From: Perkinsus chesapeaki ATCC PRA-425
Lineage: Eukaryota > Protista > Perkinsozoa
Assembly: GCA_013115145.1 (NCBI GenBank)
Contig: JAAPAO010000128.1
Location: 3,440 to 67,439 of the forward strand
DNA length: 64,000 nt
Reading direction: 5' to 3'
Part shown: one piece after another, positions 25,190 to 48,184 of the stretch
Position numbering within the stretch: the first letter of the stretch is position 1
Layout of the letters: the number at the start of each line of letters is the position of its first letter
Notes under the pieces: model-generated
The model's database searches: none
Told to the model about the DNA's origin: nothing
What the model saw: the letters and a program-made list of their open reading frames with translations, nothing else
Translations under genes and position numbers: made by a program

Positions 25190-26671
25190 GGCAGCTCCCG
25201 ACGCCATGCCAAACTATATGTCGCTTCGTACTTTGAGTCGCGGATCCGGTAGCTTGTATCCGGCTGAGCACTTCTTCCAGCTTGTCCGAGAGCGCAATGA
25301 GATTGCTAAGTTGATCCGAATCCTCCTGGCCGTTCTCAAACGCCTGCTCAATGGTGGCTCGAAGCCGTGATTTGCCTGCGGATGCCTAAGCGAATCTTTC
25401 GCACTACATATATTTTCAGGAAGCTACCTCCGCATAATCGGCTTCGAAAGTTTTTCTTGGTAAATTTGGACTGGAGAACAACTCATCAACTGCCCGCCGG
25501 AGTGCTTCAATCTGCGAGGGAAATGAAGCGCGCTGTGATTTCCTCGGGGCTAACCTCCGCTGGCGACAAAACCATCGCCTTAGTTTCCGCAGTAGTGTGT
25601 TTAGTAGTAGCCAAACTAGGATTGAGCGCAGGCGACTCCTCTGCACCTAAGAGAAAAAGGCTGAGGGATGCTGCAGACCCAGTGCGCGTTCGGGTACCAA
25701 TCAGAGTGAGTCCGAATGGCTTTAGATCAGAGGGTCGGAACTACCAGTTGCGAGCGTATCACCAGCGGTAGGCCGTTCGGCACTATTGTGAACTTTCATG
25801 CGTAAACATGCCACAAGGGTGACATTGAGAAAATAGACAGCAACAGCCAGCAAGCCCCGCGTACCTTTAATCTGAAATCTAACAGTTTCGTCTCGTGGCG
25901 GAAAGGGTTCTGAACGTACCAATACACCAACGTCGTGCTCGCAGCTCACCCTTTCTCCGCCGAAGTTCTCTATATGCTTTGAAAACACTCTCCATTTGCC
26001 CCTCCTTGAGAATGAAGGCATCGCACCATTCCTGTATCAACGACAGGACCTTCGCTCTGAAAAGTGCAGGAGAGATGTTAACATGAGGCAATGGGAAATT
26101 CATGCTAAATCCCCTCACTGGAGCAGGAAAGTACTGAATCATTCATCCTTGAAGTTCCAGGGCTCCTTAGTGAACCCATATTCTCATATAGTCTATATAG
26201 CGTGTCGTGTGAGGCCTTTATGATAAACCTGTATCATATCTATATGATAGATACAGTACAGGACACTGGAGGCGCTCAAACTCCCCACATATACCGGAAA
26301 TATGCCAACAGCGCCGAATACGCCAAGACCACGCGGAGACATGTATAGGCAGGTGGGACTCGAGGAAAAAGCTACACTCGTCCTCTACTTGATAAGTTTC
26401 CGTTCAGTTCCACTAGGTATCCGTACTTTAAGTTGAGGTTGGTACCACCACGGAACCGACGCTAGTCGATACATATCCTTCATGAAGCCCTAAAAGAGCA
26501 ACGCTGAGACTCCGATGCTAAGGCCACTGACGTACGTCGCTCATATAGGTACACACTACATACCCACAATTCTTTACTAGCATCTCCAGAAGGGTTAAAC
26601 AAAGTTGAATCTATCACGGAAAATACGGTATGAAAAGTAGAACGCATATTCACAGTGGCAGAGTCCCCCAT
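25190..26671 (-). CDS. VHS + GAT domain protein (TOM1-like trafficking adaptor)
   Basis: RAKVLSLIQEWCDAFILKEGQMESVFKAYRELRRRKG..PFPPR is the VHS C-terminal signature; RLRATIEQAFENGQEDSDQLSNLIALSDKLEEVLSRI resembles GAT. The 3' end is uncertain. Confidence 0.7.
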
Positions 26672-26762
26672 CTCAAAACCATTGCGGATCTCCAGAAGGA
26701 CCTCTGGTATTAGGGACGGACAGGACTGAGAAACGAGCTACTCCCGCGATGCAGGGGCTGCC

Positions 26763-27344
26763 TTACCGACAACATGTCGCAGATTGCCACGTTGGCTTCC
26801 CAGTTGATAGAATCGCCTCCTGAAGAACACCGCAGTACCGAGGCAGGAAGAACGTTACTAAGTACGCCAGAGGATCACCCAAGAAACTATTTCGTGGGTT
26901 TGCTTCGGGTGTTCGGACTATAATTCTACTGGATCTCAAAACGATTCCGCCCGGCAAAAAATACACCAATCTCAGGTCTTGTGATGAAGAATTTCGTAGC
27001 AACTGTCACCCAGCATGGAGCCGCTCGCACATGACGTATGCGTATCACCACCATGGTGATTCATAGTATGATATTCGGTGATCAGCGAAGGATAGAGGAG
27101 CCCTGGATATTCCCAGACGGAATCCATTCGAGGCTAATTTCGGCTTTGCCAACAGAATTTGCATCTCTGCGTAGGGAGCATTTTTTGACCCCCGGAATGC
27201 GGTAAGAACAGATTTCCGTAAGGCGAGATGGATCGCTTTAAGTGACTTACCGAGCGCGGCTGTTAATAGGGTGTCGAGTCGACTTGTATGATACATGAGA
27301 AATAACAAACGATTGTAGCAACAACACTTATGCTGGAGAATCAA
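26763..27344 (-). CDS. Possible small hypothetical gene between ALG7 and the VHS gene
   Basis: Two protein-like minus-strand ORFs (27045-27344, 26763-27002) with plausible splice sites; no recognised motif. Confidence 0.25.
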
Positions 27345-27445
27345 CTACACCACTTCGACCGCCGCCCAGACTGTTGACAGACTTTATAAAGCAAACCGAA
27401 CAAGTCAGAAAAATGTTGGTAGCTGCGGTAAATGTACAGAGAGCC

Positions 27446-30400
27446 TCAGTCAACTACATTGTAGACGAACCCGGCCAAGCCGTAGCGAATGTAGAAGGCG
27501 CACAAACTCCACATGCACTGGATCTGAAAAAGTGTGGAAATAGCCGTGAAACGATTACAAGAATTTCCATGCGGACTAGCTCTACTAAGTGTTAGAGATG
27601 TCTTGCCCACTAGTAGCGCTCAAGTCCATTAAGATGTCATGGGATGCAGAGAACTCCCAAGAAGTGTCGACGATACTATTTGCGCGAGAATCTTACAGTT
27701 AGAGCTATATAGTTGTTCCTCGAAATGTCGCTTACCAGTAATAGTATTTTATTTAGGGTATCCTCATGAGTGTCTCCTTTAAGCCACAACACCAGATTTA
27801 TCAAAGTAAGATTCTGTACACGAACCTCATTGTTATCGCTGTTGGTCTCGACCTTGGCCAAGTGGAGCCATTGAATGACCGACAAGCAAAGGCGACCTGC
27901 CAGAGCTATAAGCGGGAAAACTTGCATAACACAGAGAATGCCAGTTAACGCGCAAGATAGAGCCGATCTATTGGAGAAACCCCGCTTCCTGCCAAATTTC
28001 GGAAAACGTTTCGCTACCTCGAGAGGATATCTAATTCCTAGATGGAGCGGTATTTATATATTAAAATTATTATTATTGGTAAACCCCAGTGGGAGGGAGC
28101 TGCTAGATATGCCAACAATATTGGTATGTCTGAAAGCATTAGAGATCGACTTACCCAGGAAGTTTAAATCCTTGCTGGGATTGAACCATGGTGTATAGCT
28201 GACACTAAGCAAGTCTGTCTTGGGGGTGTAATGGGGTAGCCTATGCCTCGGACACGGTATGAGCTTGAAAAGCTGCGGGACAGAGTACCTAGCAAGCTCA
28301 TCACTGCGAAGCCCACCAAGCCTCCTTACAGGAAATTAAATATTTGCGGCCCGAAAAACAGTAGGGTCTAAAAAAAAGAGAAATTTTCCGGAAAATTTCG
28401 GAATATTTTACTCACCGTTTTGGAACACTGTCCCAGAATACCGCTAGCTGCCAACGTCATGCCGGCCAAGTAACAGTACGTGTCCCCAACAAACGCTGTG
28501 GCCGGATACATATTGGCGACCATCAGAGGCAATGATGCTGAGGGGAGAAACAAAACTTCCTAGAAGTAAACCGAATAGTAGTCGGGCAACTCCTAGCGCT
28601 CTCTTCAGCCGGGTGATATATCTTTCTCACTCATTGAAGACACCCTATGTTACACAGGAGGTTTCAGATTTAGCAACAATTTCGGTAAGATTTCCAAGTT
28701 CCAAGCAGATGTATATATTTTAAAACCAGAAAGACTTACCACCAACGAATGGCAATAGCAAGTAAAGGCTCATCAAATGGCTTTCATAAGGAGGCCATGT
28801 AGATGCCTAAGGAGGGATCTAGAAAATAAAAAGTGTAATGAAATGTTACTTGGTCGGCATGTCTGTAGAGCTGGAGGAGATCGTTTAGTATCAGGGAGAT
28901 GGCAAGGATCATCGATTGGCCTATTTCCAACCCATTAATACCTGACATAATTCCGGCGAGATGACAATAGAGGTTTATTCGATGGAATGTTCCATTGGGA
29001 TCACTCCATTACTCCAGGTAGTGACATCGTAGGAAATACTCCCCCCTTACAGCTCGACTTCTCCTACCATGTGACTGATAGGCTGCACGAAAGACTTTGC
29101 CGAACTGTCGCGCATTTCGCAACTTTAACTTGTCCGCATGTGAATTATTATTATGAAATTAATAATAAATTAAATTATGAAATGCTAAAGTAAATATATT
29201 TCAGCCATGCTCCTTAAGAGAATCTATCCCGACCTTACCTGCCAATATGTTGATAGCATTCGTGCAGAAAACCGATAAAAGAGATAAAAATATATAATAT
29301 AGCACCCCAATGTCAATTGCTCCATGGCCTCCACTGAGGGAAAGAGGAATCGATAAGGCGGAAGAGGAAGAGTTATTACGGAATATATGGACGAATAATA
29401 TCAGGCAGCAACACCCAGGTATTGCCAATGGATGAGTAATATACCAGGAGAAGCGGAAGGGTTGCAACTGAGCTATAGAGTATCAAGCAAGCATGAACCT
29501 AAGATCCCTACCTGTTGGTATTATAAGTTTAATCCTCCAAGGCAGGTCCAAGACATTATCAGCAAATCCCAGGAAACACATAGCGTTAATCGACAGCAGC
29601 GATCCCATAAAGAGACCTGACAAAGGCTCTACTATATTTTTCAGAGAAACATTTAGCGAATAAGGACGTCACATGCGGGATAGGGCCTTCACTGAGGGCC
29701 CCTTAGTTGGGCGATGACGGCAGTACAGAACTTGTAGGCGTACTAATCCATATGTACAAAGTCTCTTCACCAGGTCTTCGCACTCCCCGCGGTATTACTA
29801 GCTTTCCTTTGGCTCATCAGCTCCGCTTCATCCACTGGAACCCCCTGTGGTGAGCACATCATATGGAAGGGCAAGAACAAGCTCAATGCCAAGCAGTAGA
29901 CAGCGCCGACACAAACGCCGGCGGCCTCTGGTATCTAATAGTAAGGATCCCTCCTAAGTAAAGAATACGTCCGCCAGACATGTCCGTATGAATATATTCA
30001 GCACGGAGAGCTCATAATTAACCCATGATAGTTCTTAATGCATTATTTAACTTGATATTACCGAAGATCAAATCTCCCATTTCATCGACGATCCAATAAT
30101 CAGAATATTCAAATTTTTCGCTCTCTCCGCCTGCTTCACAGGGGGTCAGTTACGCAGCGTAACTTACGCTTTCCTCCTACACAGTACCGCAAAATTGGAT
30201 ATAGAAGGTGAACAGGAAGCCGGCACCCACTGAGGTTTCTCGCGAATTGCCCAATCGGTAGGATGCGTCTTATATGGCAACTTCCCACTTTCTGTACCTC
30301 GGGCTTCCCTTTTTTGTTCAGGTCTTTCCCGCAAATGCCCGCTCTCCGTAATGAAGCCAGCGCGCGTGGAAGAATCTTATTGGTTACTATACCTACCTCA

Positions 30401-30470
30401 GAAAGATCATGCGTGCTTGGAGAAAAGATACGGTACATGCTAACGCAGAGATTGCAATCGATGCCATCAT
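27446..30470 (-). CDS. ALG7: UDP-GlcNAc:dolichyl-phosphate GlcNAc-1-phosphate transferase (GPT)
   Basis: [72 protein letters not shown] and terminal [19 protein letters not shown] are DPAGT1/ALG7 hallmark motifs. The start may lie slightly upstream. Confidence 0.95.
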
Positions 30471-31265
30471 CTCTGCTCCACATATTATCCCTGATTTAGG
30501 CACCGCTGCGCACAGAACCTAACAACACTGATAAAGTCTGACAATGCTATAGAGTTGTCCAGTAAATGTTAGCCTTTTATTCACTACCCATCTAAGACCG
30601 GCTATCCTGACCGTCCCTCCAGTGAGCGTCATTTTAGGGTTGAAATTTCAGCCTCATAGTTACAATATCCACTCTAACCCTAAAACCCTTCCCTCTACTA
30701 CCCCTGCAATCGCCAATATAAGTATCTCTGTCGACTTGCGGAGAGGTGGAACTGATGACATCTCAGAGAATAAAGGCAAACAGCGGCCCAAACTGAAATG
30801 ACCCGCAGACACTCGTCGGGGTTCTTCAGATCCTCTACCTCGATACGATAGCGAATGTTATCGTTCGTCCCGAGTTTTGCAAAAACTTCCCATCGTTCTG
30901 CCAACGCTTGCCGGCGAGAACCCCTCTTCTATTATAACTTATAAAATATAGTATATATTAATATATTGATTCTCTGTATATATCACATAATTATTATTTG
31001 ATTACACTTTTTCTGATACTTGTAGATTTGTATTCATATCTATATCATCATTATAATATACCTATTCAGGTCCCATTAGTCCAAAAAAGGCTGCTCTTTC
31101 CCAGCAGGACTGACCCGTTACGTTCACTCAATGAGTATCGCAGGCACCGGATGGACGCGGCTCGTGTTGAAAGAAGTGTGGTAGGAAATTAAACCATCAA
31201 AATTATACTTAACCCAAGGCCCTTTAATAACAGCTAACATCCCATAACAGCTCACAACATGTATA

Positions 31266-32211
31266 TCACTTTCTCACCAGCTTCGATGTCTTCCGCTTTA
31301 ATATATCCTTCACCTTATCTTCCATCCATGTCCTAGCTCCCCTATGGAACTTTAGTATCCATTCACTACTACCTTTATAATCCTCATAAAGGGCAGGAGG
31401 GTCGTTTAGAATAGCATCGACGACATACAAGCATCCTTCTAAATCCATCTTAGTTAGGCCTCTAGAGTACGTTTGCAGAACCTCTTTCGTTCCCTGTGAA
31501 ATGTGGGACAACGGCAAAAGCCCGTCTTCGTTCATCTCATCGTAATCGTGGTTGTTGGTGGTTTCGCATATTAGGTCTTCAGAATCTGGTCGTGAACGGA
31601 TATGGGCATGAAACTCGGGTCTATGAGGCGTGGTCCAACTGAAGTAAGTTCCATCGGCAGCAAGGTAACACAGGGAATCTTACAATTCATAAATCCCTTT
31701 GTGGTCAGTGTCGTACAACCTGGTATGATAAACTCGGCCAGCCTTAGTGAAGCGGACGAAAAAAGACATAGCTTCCAAGGGCTTGTCTTGTGCTATCTCG
31801 CATCCTCCTTGTTGAGCTTTGATTGTTATCTATAACCAACAAACCACTCGACGGAATTAAGCACATGAGAACTGATAATGCGGCGTTATATTGATTTGAT
31901 GGATCATGTTATCTACCTCGAAAGATATTCTATAGGTCAGATGCCATAAAAGCCACCTATACATTATGTAGTGGATACGACAAGAAAATGCACAATAATC
32001 CCGAAACACACACTGGAAACTTTTTAGATAATTTTATTTGGTCTTATACTGTTTCATAGCTTTACCATTAACATATTGAAAAGCTATAAGTACTAGGCTT
32101 CCTTACCCCTTTCGAACGAAGGCGCTCCTCGATTTCGCCCGATTTCGAGGCTTCAGCTAGAATCAGTGAAATAATGGTGATTAGGATGGTCGGAAGGCCA
32201 ATGAGGGTCAT
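31266..32211 (-). CDS. Predicted secreted protein of unknown function
   Basis: Signal peptide MTLIGLPTILITIISLILAEA; exons ..AMSFFVRFTKAGRVYHTRLYDTDHKGIYEL| and WTTPHRPEFHAH..MNEDGLLPLSH..KLVRK*. Confidence 0.65.
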
Positions 32212-32540
32212 TACGAAAGTACAACGACTATGCAAAGCATTCCATATAGAATTCAGCTGGGCATCGAATCTCCTCCTTGCTGTTGGTAAGGGAAATGTAT
32301 AAAATGCATGAGAGAAGCACCACACGAAATTGCTCGGGAGAGACGTGAAGTCTGTTAGGGCATCAAGCGGTTGTTTGAGGGTTAGGTAGCACTAGTATGC
32401 AGTCTCGCTGGGCCTGTGGAGAGACAAGTCTCTATCTATTTAATTCTACATTAGTACACACAAAAAAAGATCAAAAAAATTCCGCCCGAAAATTTATTTC
32501 CCCTCTTGAGGATTGTCAACCCGAGCTCTGCACGGTACAA

Positions 32541-32679
32541 CCTTAGATTTAGCCGAAGTCTCCTTAGAACGCGCAACCTTAGATTATATCGTGCAAACCT
32601 TAGATTGTGCAAGATCGCCTTAGGGAAAAAACTGGGGCGCAAGCGAAACGCACCTTAGAAAACTTACATTCCCCTTAGA
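32541..32679 (+). promoter_or_regulatory. Array of seven CCTTAGA/CCTTAGG heptamers in the divergent intergenic region
   Basis: Copies start at 32541, 32562, 32577, 32598, 32618 (CCTTAGG), 32653 and 32673, between the start codons at 32211 (-) and 32833 (+). A regulatory role is inferred from position only. Confidence 0.45.
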
Positions 32680-32832
32680 ACAAATGATTTCCACCGGATT
32701 GTCCGTTGAGAAGTGTCCTAAGAAATGACCGCGCGCCACGTTATTCACTATCACTTGTGAGGAGTAACGAAATGGTTATTATTATAGATTGTACACATTA
32801 TCCCTATCAGGCCCCTTTAGGATATTTATCGC

Positions 32833-42224
<9,392 letters not shown>

Positions 42225-42938
42225 TGCGACATGCAGACCCGACCAGCGTGACAACAGCGTGGCTGAAGGACACTCTCGAGTGCCCTGGCCTGCTGACAAT
42301 GTGTAGGTGCAATGCTGGAATGCTACGGATCATAGTGCGCATCTCGAGCTCACCTGTCGACGGAATTTCCTTATCGAATCGCTATAGAAAGAAGTTGATG
42401 TTGTAAGGTTCGTGAAACCGAAAGATATTTTGTGAAATTGCTGCGAAAATTTCTCTTCTCTTCAATACAGGCAGACGAGGGCCGCCCTCGGAGGGCGTGT
42501 TAATGGTTGGCAGCAGCATTGTGATTTTAGTGTGAGCTGCAGGCACGAGTGGTAGAACGGCATATGTCCGTAGAGCCGCACTACCTGCGGCGGCGGCCAC
42601 GCTGAGGCGAGGGCTGGAAGGGACAGTGGGGAAAAGGAGACATGTGACACAAGAAGGATACAGGAAGGAGGTGTTCAAACTTATGTGTGCAGCGAGAAGG
42701 TGAATGAGAACTATTTGGAATGCTTTGTTGTTGATTTGCTGTATGCTCTGCGAAAATTTTCAAGCCGAAACGCCAAGTATCTGCGCGGGAACGGCGGTTT
42801 TAGTGACTTGGGTAGCAATTTGGGACACCCTGTGTTCTTATCTTATTTCACCAATAATAAATACTCGTACCACATTAATGTTATGGTTGAGCTACTGAGC
42901 GTCTCTCCGTGCCTTGTCATCTATCCTTCACTCGGCAC

Positions 42939-44214
42939 ATGACCGAAAGCCTCTCCGTATCAGGTTGCTCCGGAGCAAGGATGCTTTGGATCGACGAACT
43001 GCTATATCTGGCGCGGCAGAAGTTGCCAGCCTGCTCTCTATGGTCATTCAATCCGAGAAGGTCGGTTTCCTCTACCACTTGTCTTTATTACAGGTCTTTG
43101 TCTTCAGAAGCCTCCCGAAGCTGACGTAGCACTCGAGGCTCGAGGGTTCGCCAGGGAGCTGCTGCAAAGCGACCTCAAATCGATAGAGTGTCGGCAAGCT
43201 GCCGCCAGGGCCAGCGCCGCGCTAGCTCTCTGCGTCGGCTCTGACGGCACCTACTCGGGTAGTGACGTGTTTCGGGAAGTTATCGAGAGAACACCTGTCC
43301 CGGAGGACGAGTCCGTGGGACTGGTGGATGCAGCACAAGCATGCCTCTTGCTCGGGGACAGCTCGGATGGCCTGGCCGCTCGGTATCTCAGGGACTCTCT
43401 CGGTAGCGCCGATAAGGCCGTACGGACGCGCGCGCTGCAAGCGGCGGCTCGGATAGACCGACGAGTGCCGTGCCTTGTAGATGCCTTGGTCGAGTACGCC
43501 GCACTGGGCGAGTCGCCAGTTCTACTGGTGTTCCAAACAACAGCGCGCCATTTGACCGGTGACAGTCTAAAAGGCATAGACAAGCTGCTTGTGGCCCAAA
43601 CTGAGCGTGCTGCTAACCTTTATCGAGCAACAGCAGCTGAGATCTGCGCCCAGCGGGGGGCGGTTGTCCCTGTATGCGTGAGAGTGATTGAGATCAGCGA
43701 GGCTCCTGAACCGCTTATGAGGCTCGCGGCTCGGTTGCTGGCGGCATGTCTCCGAGAAGAGCGTTTCCAGCCAGTGCGGTTGAGTGCTCTGGATGAGCTG
43801 GCAAAGTGTCAAGTTGTTCCCGAGGCAGTACTGGACTGCGCTCTACGTCCATGTGAGAGCATGGCCAATCCTAAAGATAAGGCGCTGAGCAAAGCCGCAG
43901 TGGTGGCGGGTGTGGCCCTGAGGAACGAGAAGCTCGCGAGCGGTATGAGGGAGAGGTGCCTTCGCTTCTTGCTGAGGATCCTTGAGAGGACCTGGGAAGT
44001 ATCCGGCTACGTTACTACTGTGGCCATCGGGCAGATCAGAGAGGCTCCAAGGGAAGGGACAGACTGGAGCCGAGTGCGTAGAGTGGCCGAGAGTGCGTTG
44101 GCGTTGGCAGTCCCTGGAGTTGGAGATGATGCTGCGAGGACGAAGAAGGAAGGGGCTTTGCAAGAGTTGATAATGATGACAGTTTCTTATGAATTACAAC
44201 CTCATCATGCTTGA
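42939..44214 (+). CDS. ARM/HEAT-repeat-like helical protein
   Basis: Long Ala/Leu-rich exon (~43090-44214) with HEAT-like motifs (LGSADKAVRTRALQAAA, QPVRLSALDELAK); the first exon is uncertain. Confidence 0.6.
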
Positions 44215-44770
44215 AGATAACCTATTGAGTTTGACATTCGTATATTAAAGCCAATTACAGCTGATTACAAATCTCTTATATTTGTAATCAGCTTGGAACA
44301 AATGAAATAAAGCTAGTGGATACAGAGTATTCCCTGGTACACCCGAGGGTATCACTCATCAGCATCATCACAACGTATGCGGTTGGTAGGCGTAGGCGTA
44401 CTGGCACAGTAATAATACATAATCTATCATTATAAATTAGATATATATGATCAGCTTTGAATATATTTATACACTATTCTATATTCATTGATAGTATTAT
44501 ATAAGCTAAAGATATAGTAATAACACTAATATTATTATATCACAAGGTGATATTATAGATATAAGCTATAGAAACCTCTAATATAATATTAATTCAAGGT
44601 AATATAGTTATCCATATACAGTGTAATATATAGGGTATTATATAAATATAATACAGCTGGTTATAGATCAGTGCCATATTACATATTAATTACCCGCATC
44701 ATCACGTAGGCGTACGCGCATCAAAACGTTCACTCTCACTGTCTCGCTTGTACTCAGCTTCGTCGTCTAA

Positions 44771-44851
44771 CGTACGAAATCTACCGATCGGTAGATTTCG
44801 TACGGTAGACGACGATTCGGCCGAATCGGCAGAATCTGATTCGGCCGAATC
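44771..44851. repeat. Perfect 34-bp palindrome followed by two (C)GATTCGGCCGAATC(G) palindromes
   Basis: CGTACGAAATCTACCGA|TCGGTAGATTTCGTACG at 44771-44804; 16-bp palindrome at 44813-44828; 14-bp at 44838-44851. Confidence 0.95.
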
Positions 44852-46004
44852 TGGGAATGAATACGACGGTCCTTCCCGGACTAGTAACAGCCTTCCGAAA
44901 TTTGCCTGGCGGCCCCATTGAATTCCTGACAGGCGTTGCCTTCCTTCTGGTAACCGAGTTCATCTGTTATCTGCTGATACGAGACTGGTATTAGCTTTAG
45001 TTAGTTGTCCATCATGGCCCCGTTATCTCGGGAAGCGACGTATTCTGGGATAACGCGTTGGTATTCGGCAGACGTGCCATGCCGTGGTAACAATCAAGGC
45101 GAGTGGCTGCCCAAACCGCCTAGAGGACTTCTGCACTGCTCAGCCTCGGGGTAAGCCAACAACTCGATCGTTCTCATTGATGCAGGCCCGTTTAGCTTGT
45201 TCAATGGCGTAAAGGAAACGATAAATCCTATTGGAGTCTCCAAAGGTGAGCCTACCCGCCAGCAGCACTGTCTGTTGCACAATGTATTTTCACCAGTTCA
45301 GTTCTGAGCTTGCAAGTATCTGACTTCGCCGTTAGTTTGCGTCGAAGAGGACACCTTCCACAGGTCACTGGTTCCTGCTGCCGCCTGCAAAAGCACCGTC
45401 ACCCGGTCCGGTTTTCGGCCCAGTCCCGCCAAGACCTCAGCCACACAGAAGCCTTTGGAGGAACTCACTGCAGCCTCTAGAGCCTTTTAAAACAGTGGGA
45501 GCATTTGCTTTTGGATATAAGGACCAGATGCTCTTTCAGCCCCGGAGTCTGGCGCGCTCTGGCTCTTGCCTTTCCTATTTCGGTCGGCGCACCGAGGGCC
45601 ATTTGAACCCAGAAACGATGGCACGGTCAACGCAGAGACCGGGCGGACTGAGCACGTGGAAGTCCAGGTAGCCTCGCTCGCTGTTTTGATTTGTATGTCT
45701 CTGTCAGACGGTGGCATGCCACGTCCACGTCTTTACCAATATGCCTTGTCTGACTTGCTGTTACCAATGGTCGTCTTGTGTTCAGAATTAGCCGGCGTAA
45801 GGCCTCTCCAGCAACACAGCATGCGTTGGTGTGGCTGAGATGAGAACAATGATTTTTCAAAAATCCTTAGAAAAACTAATTACCCAATCCGATAGGGAAA
45901 ATTAGGGCCATGCTAGCGGGCATCTTGCACGGGGATGTTGCAAGCTGTTTTTGACTCATTCGCCAATGCTTTTGCATATCAGCCGCAGCACCCCCTTGAG
46001 GGCC

Positions 46005-47674
46005 ATGCTGTTCATGGTCGTTGCGGCCAGGCGAGGGCTCTGCACAACGAGACGGGTTGCTGCCGTTGTGAGCCAATTTCGCCGAGCATTTCCGAGATTG
46101 TTATCTGACAGGTGCTCAGTCGACATGGGGCTCGAACTCCCACGTCCCTGTCATCTTATCCTGGCGGGGAAGATCAGTACCCTTGGAAAGGAATCCTGGT
46201 GGGACAGTTTTCAGACGCGTAGCGCAGCATGCCCTCGGTTCAGCCCCCCGGTGGCCTTACCAGCTTGGGAAAGGCGCAAATGGTGACCATGGGTCACCGC
46301 TACAGCCATTTGTTTGGTGATGTAATCGGCGATGAGGTGGAGATAATTTCATCGAAGAAAGCACGAGCTCTGGAGAGCGCGAATGCGATGGCTGAAGGGT
46401 AGACCAAGACGCTCTCACTGATGTTGACTTGGGTTATGTTTAGGTTTTGGGACCGCCAAAAGGGCACATCTTTGGTGCGCGTCGATAATGAAGTTCTTTC
46501 GAGCTCTGATGCTGAACGAGTGAAGGAGCTTATGGATGAGAAAGACAAAACAGACGAGTACATGCGGAAGGCGCACGGAGAATGGAAACACCTCTTGGAA
46601 GCTTTCGGCGTTAATCGAGTCACGAAGCTGAGGAAGGTCGGCTCGCTCGTACTTTGCCATCGCGCACACGACTTGCCTCCGCCGTATTCGGGCCGAGCAG
46701 CGGAGCTCGTCGACGAGGTGAGGCGCGAATCGGATTGTGTCGATGAGCTGTCCCCTCAGGCCATGGTGGCTCGTGATTGGATCATGCGCACTCGGTATGA
46801 AGGGTTCAAGATTGGCCGAGTTGCTGGTGGGCGACTTCTACAATGGTTGATTAATGCTTATTTTAACAAACCTAAGGGGCTCACGATCTTGTCTGGACAT
46901 GATGCGAATTTATTTGCCCTGCAAAGTGTAGGTTCGCGCCGGACACCACTGCTGCTCTACTCTCACTTTGGTGTGAAGAGCATCATTGTTGTTACGTTAT
47001 TATTGGTCTCCGACTATCTGTCTTCTTCAATCGCGCCATTCCTCGCCGATTCGGTATAGAGGCTGCGTCCTTCAGTGCTGAGTGATGAAAAGCCTGCTTG
47101 ATTTACCTCATCATTAGTTCCCTCACCAACAAGCGGCCAAATGCATATATTGCCATATTGGATATATTTTCAGTCCTTTCATCAATGCTAAGCTTTCGAT
47201 GCGCCACTTTGCTTTCCGCTTCGTACCTCAGGCGGCACGTCCTTATGCCTTCCTTTGCGCAGTCAGCTCAAAGTGAACCCGTAGCGCGCCTCGAAGTCAT
47301 TTGCAGGTCCTCGGCGTCGGTCGCCATAAGATCTTCGTTCCCAATTTCGCCGATTCCCTCGCGATGGAACTGTGGGTTGAGGAGGTGTCTGGCCGTCCCC
47401 CTACATCGTGGGTGACCTTTGAACGTCATTGCTATAAAACATTAGAATGCCCACACTTCAAGAACCAGTCAGATGCTTTCGCTCGAGGTGCTGGTGAGCC
47501 GTATTGTTGGTGCGAATAGGAGTTTGTTCAGGGGCGAAGCAAGCGCTGACTGATCCCCAAGATGTACCGAAGTCTCTGGCCAAGAGGTTCGGAGAAGACA
47601 ATGTTATTGCTTTAGTTGATCTGAGTCGGTATGAGAAGCTTGTTATGAGCTCGCCTGTCCATCAAGCTGTTTGA
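46005..47674 (+). CDS. Histidine acid phosphatase (branch 2)
   Basis: VLSRHGARTP, GLTSLGKAQMVTMG, ARALESANAM, LTILSGHDANLFAL, PNFADSLAMELW; 3' exon boundaries approximate. Confidence 0.88.
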
Positions 47675-48184
47675 TGTCCTTTGAATGATTTGTGTCGTCA
47701 ATGATGACGGGGAATGTCGCGCTGATTCACCATTTGCCCCACAGTCCCCCCGGCGCGGAATTGCTCTGCGTCTCTGTAGCGAGGATCATTCAAGTGTATA
47801 CTCATCATTTCTTTCACCAGAAGATGCACTCAATAGGTTTGCCGTTTCCTTGCCGCAAGTCCCGTGAAGGCTGATGGGAATGGTGTAGAATAATTGTTAT
47901 TTGCTCTCTTGGGCATATAACGACGCCAATCGCCGGTTCCCTGCGCATGCGTGCATAGCTAAGTCCTAAAACCTAATATGGGAGAGTTGGAGAATAGCAC
48001 AGAATCAAGAGAGACATTTTACTACTTCCTTCATCACATGCGAAGAAATCCTCATATGGTCGGGTAACGCTAGCAGTGTGATTCGGTGCGCATGTGACAG
48101 ACTTGGAAATCTTACATTTCCTCAACGCTAGAGAGCAGCGCCGCGTCTCCGCCTTTCACCGTTGTCTCTAGTTGCCCGTATTTA

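Noticed and set aside
27374-27595. Plus-strand ORF MTDFIKQTEQ..
   Set aside because: Antisense to the last ALG7 exon and its 3' flank.
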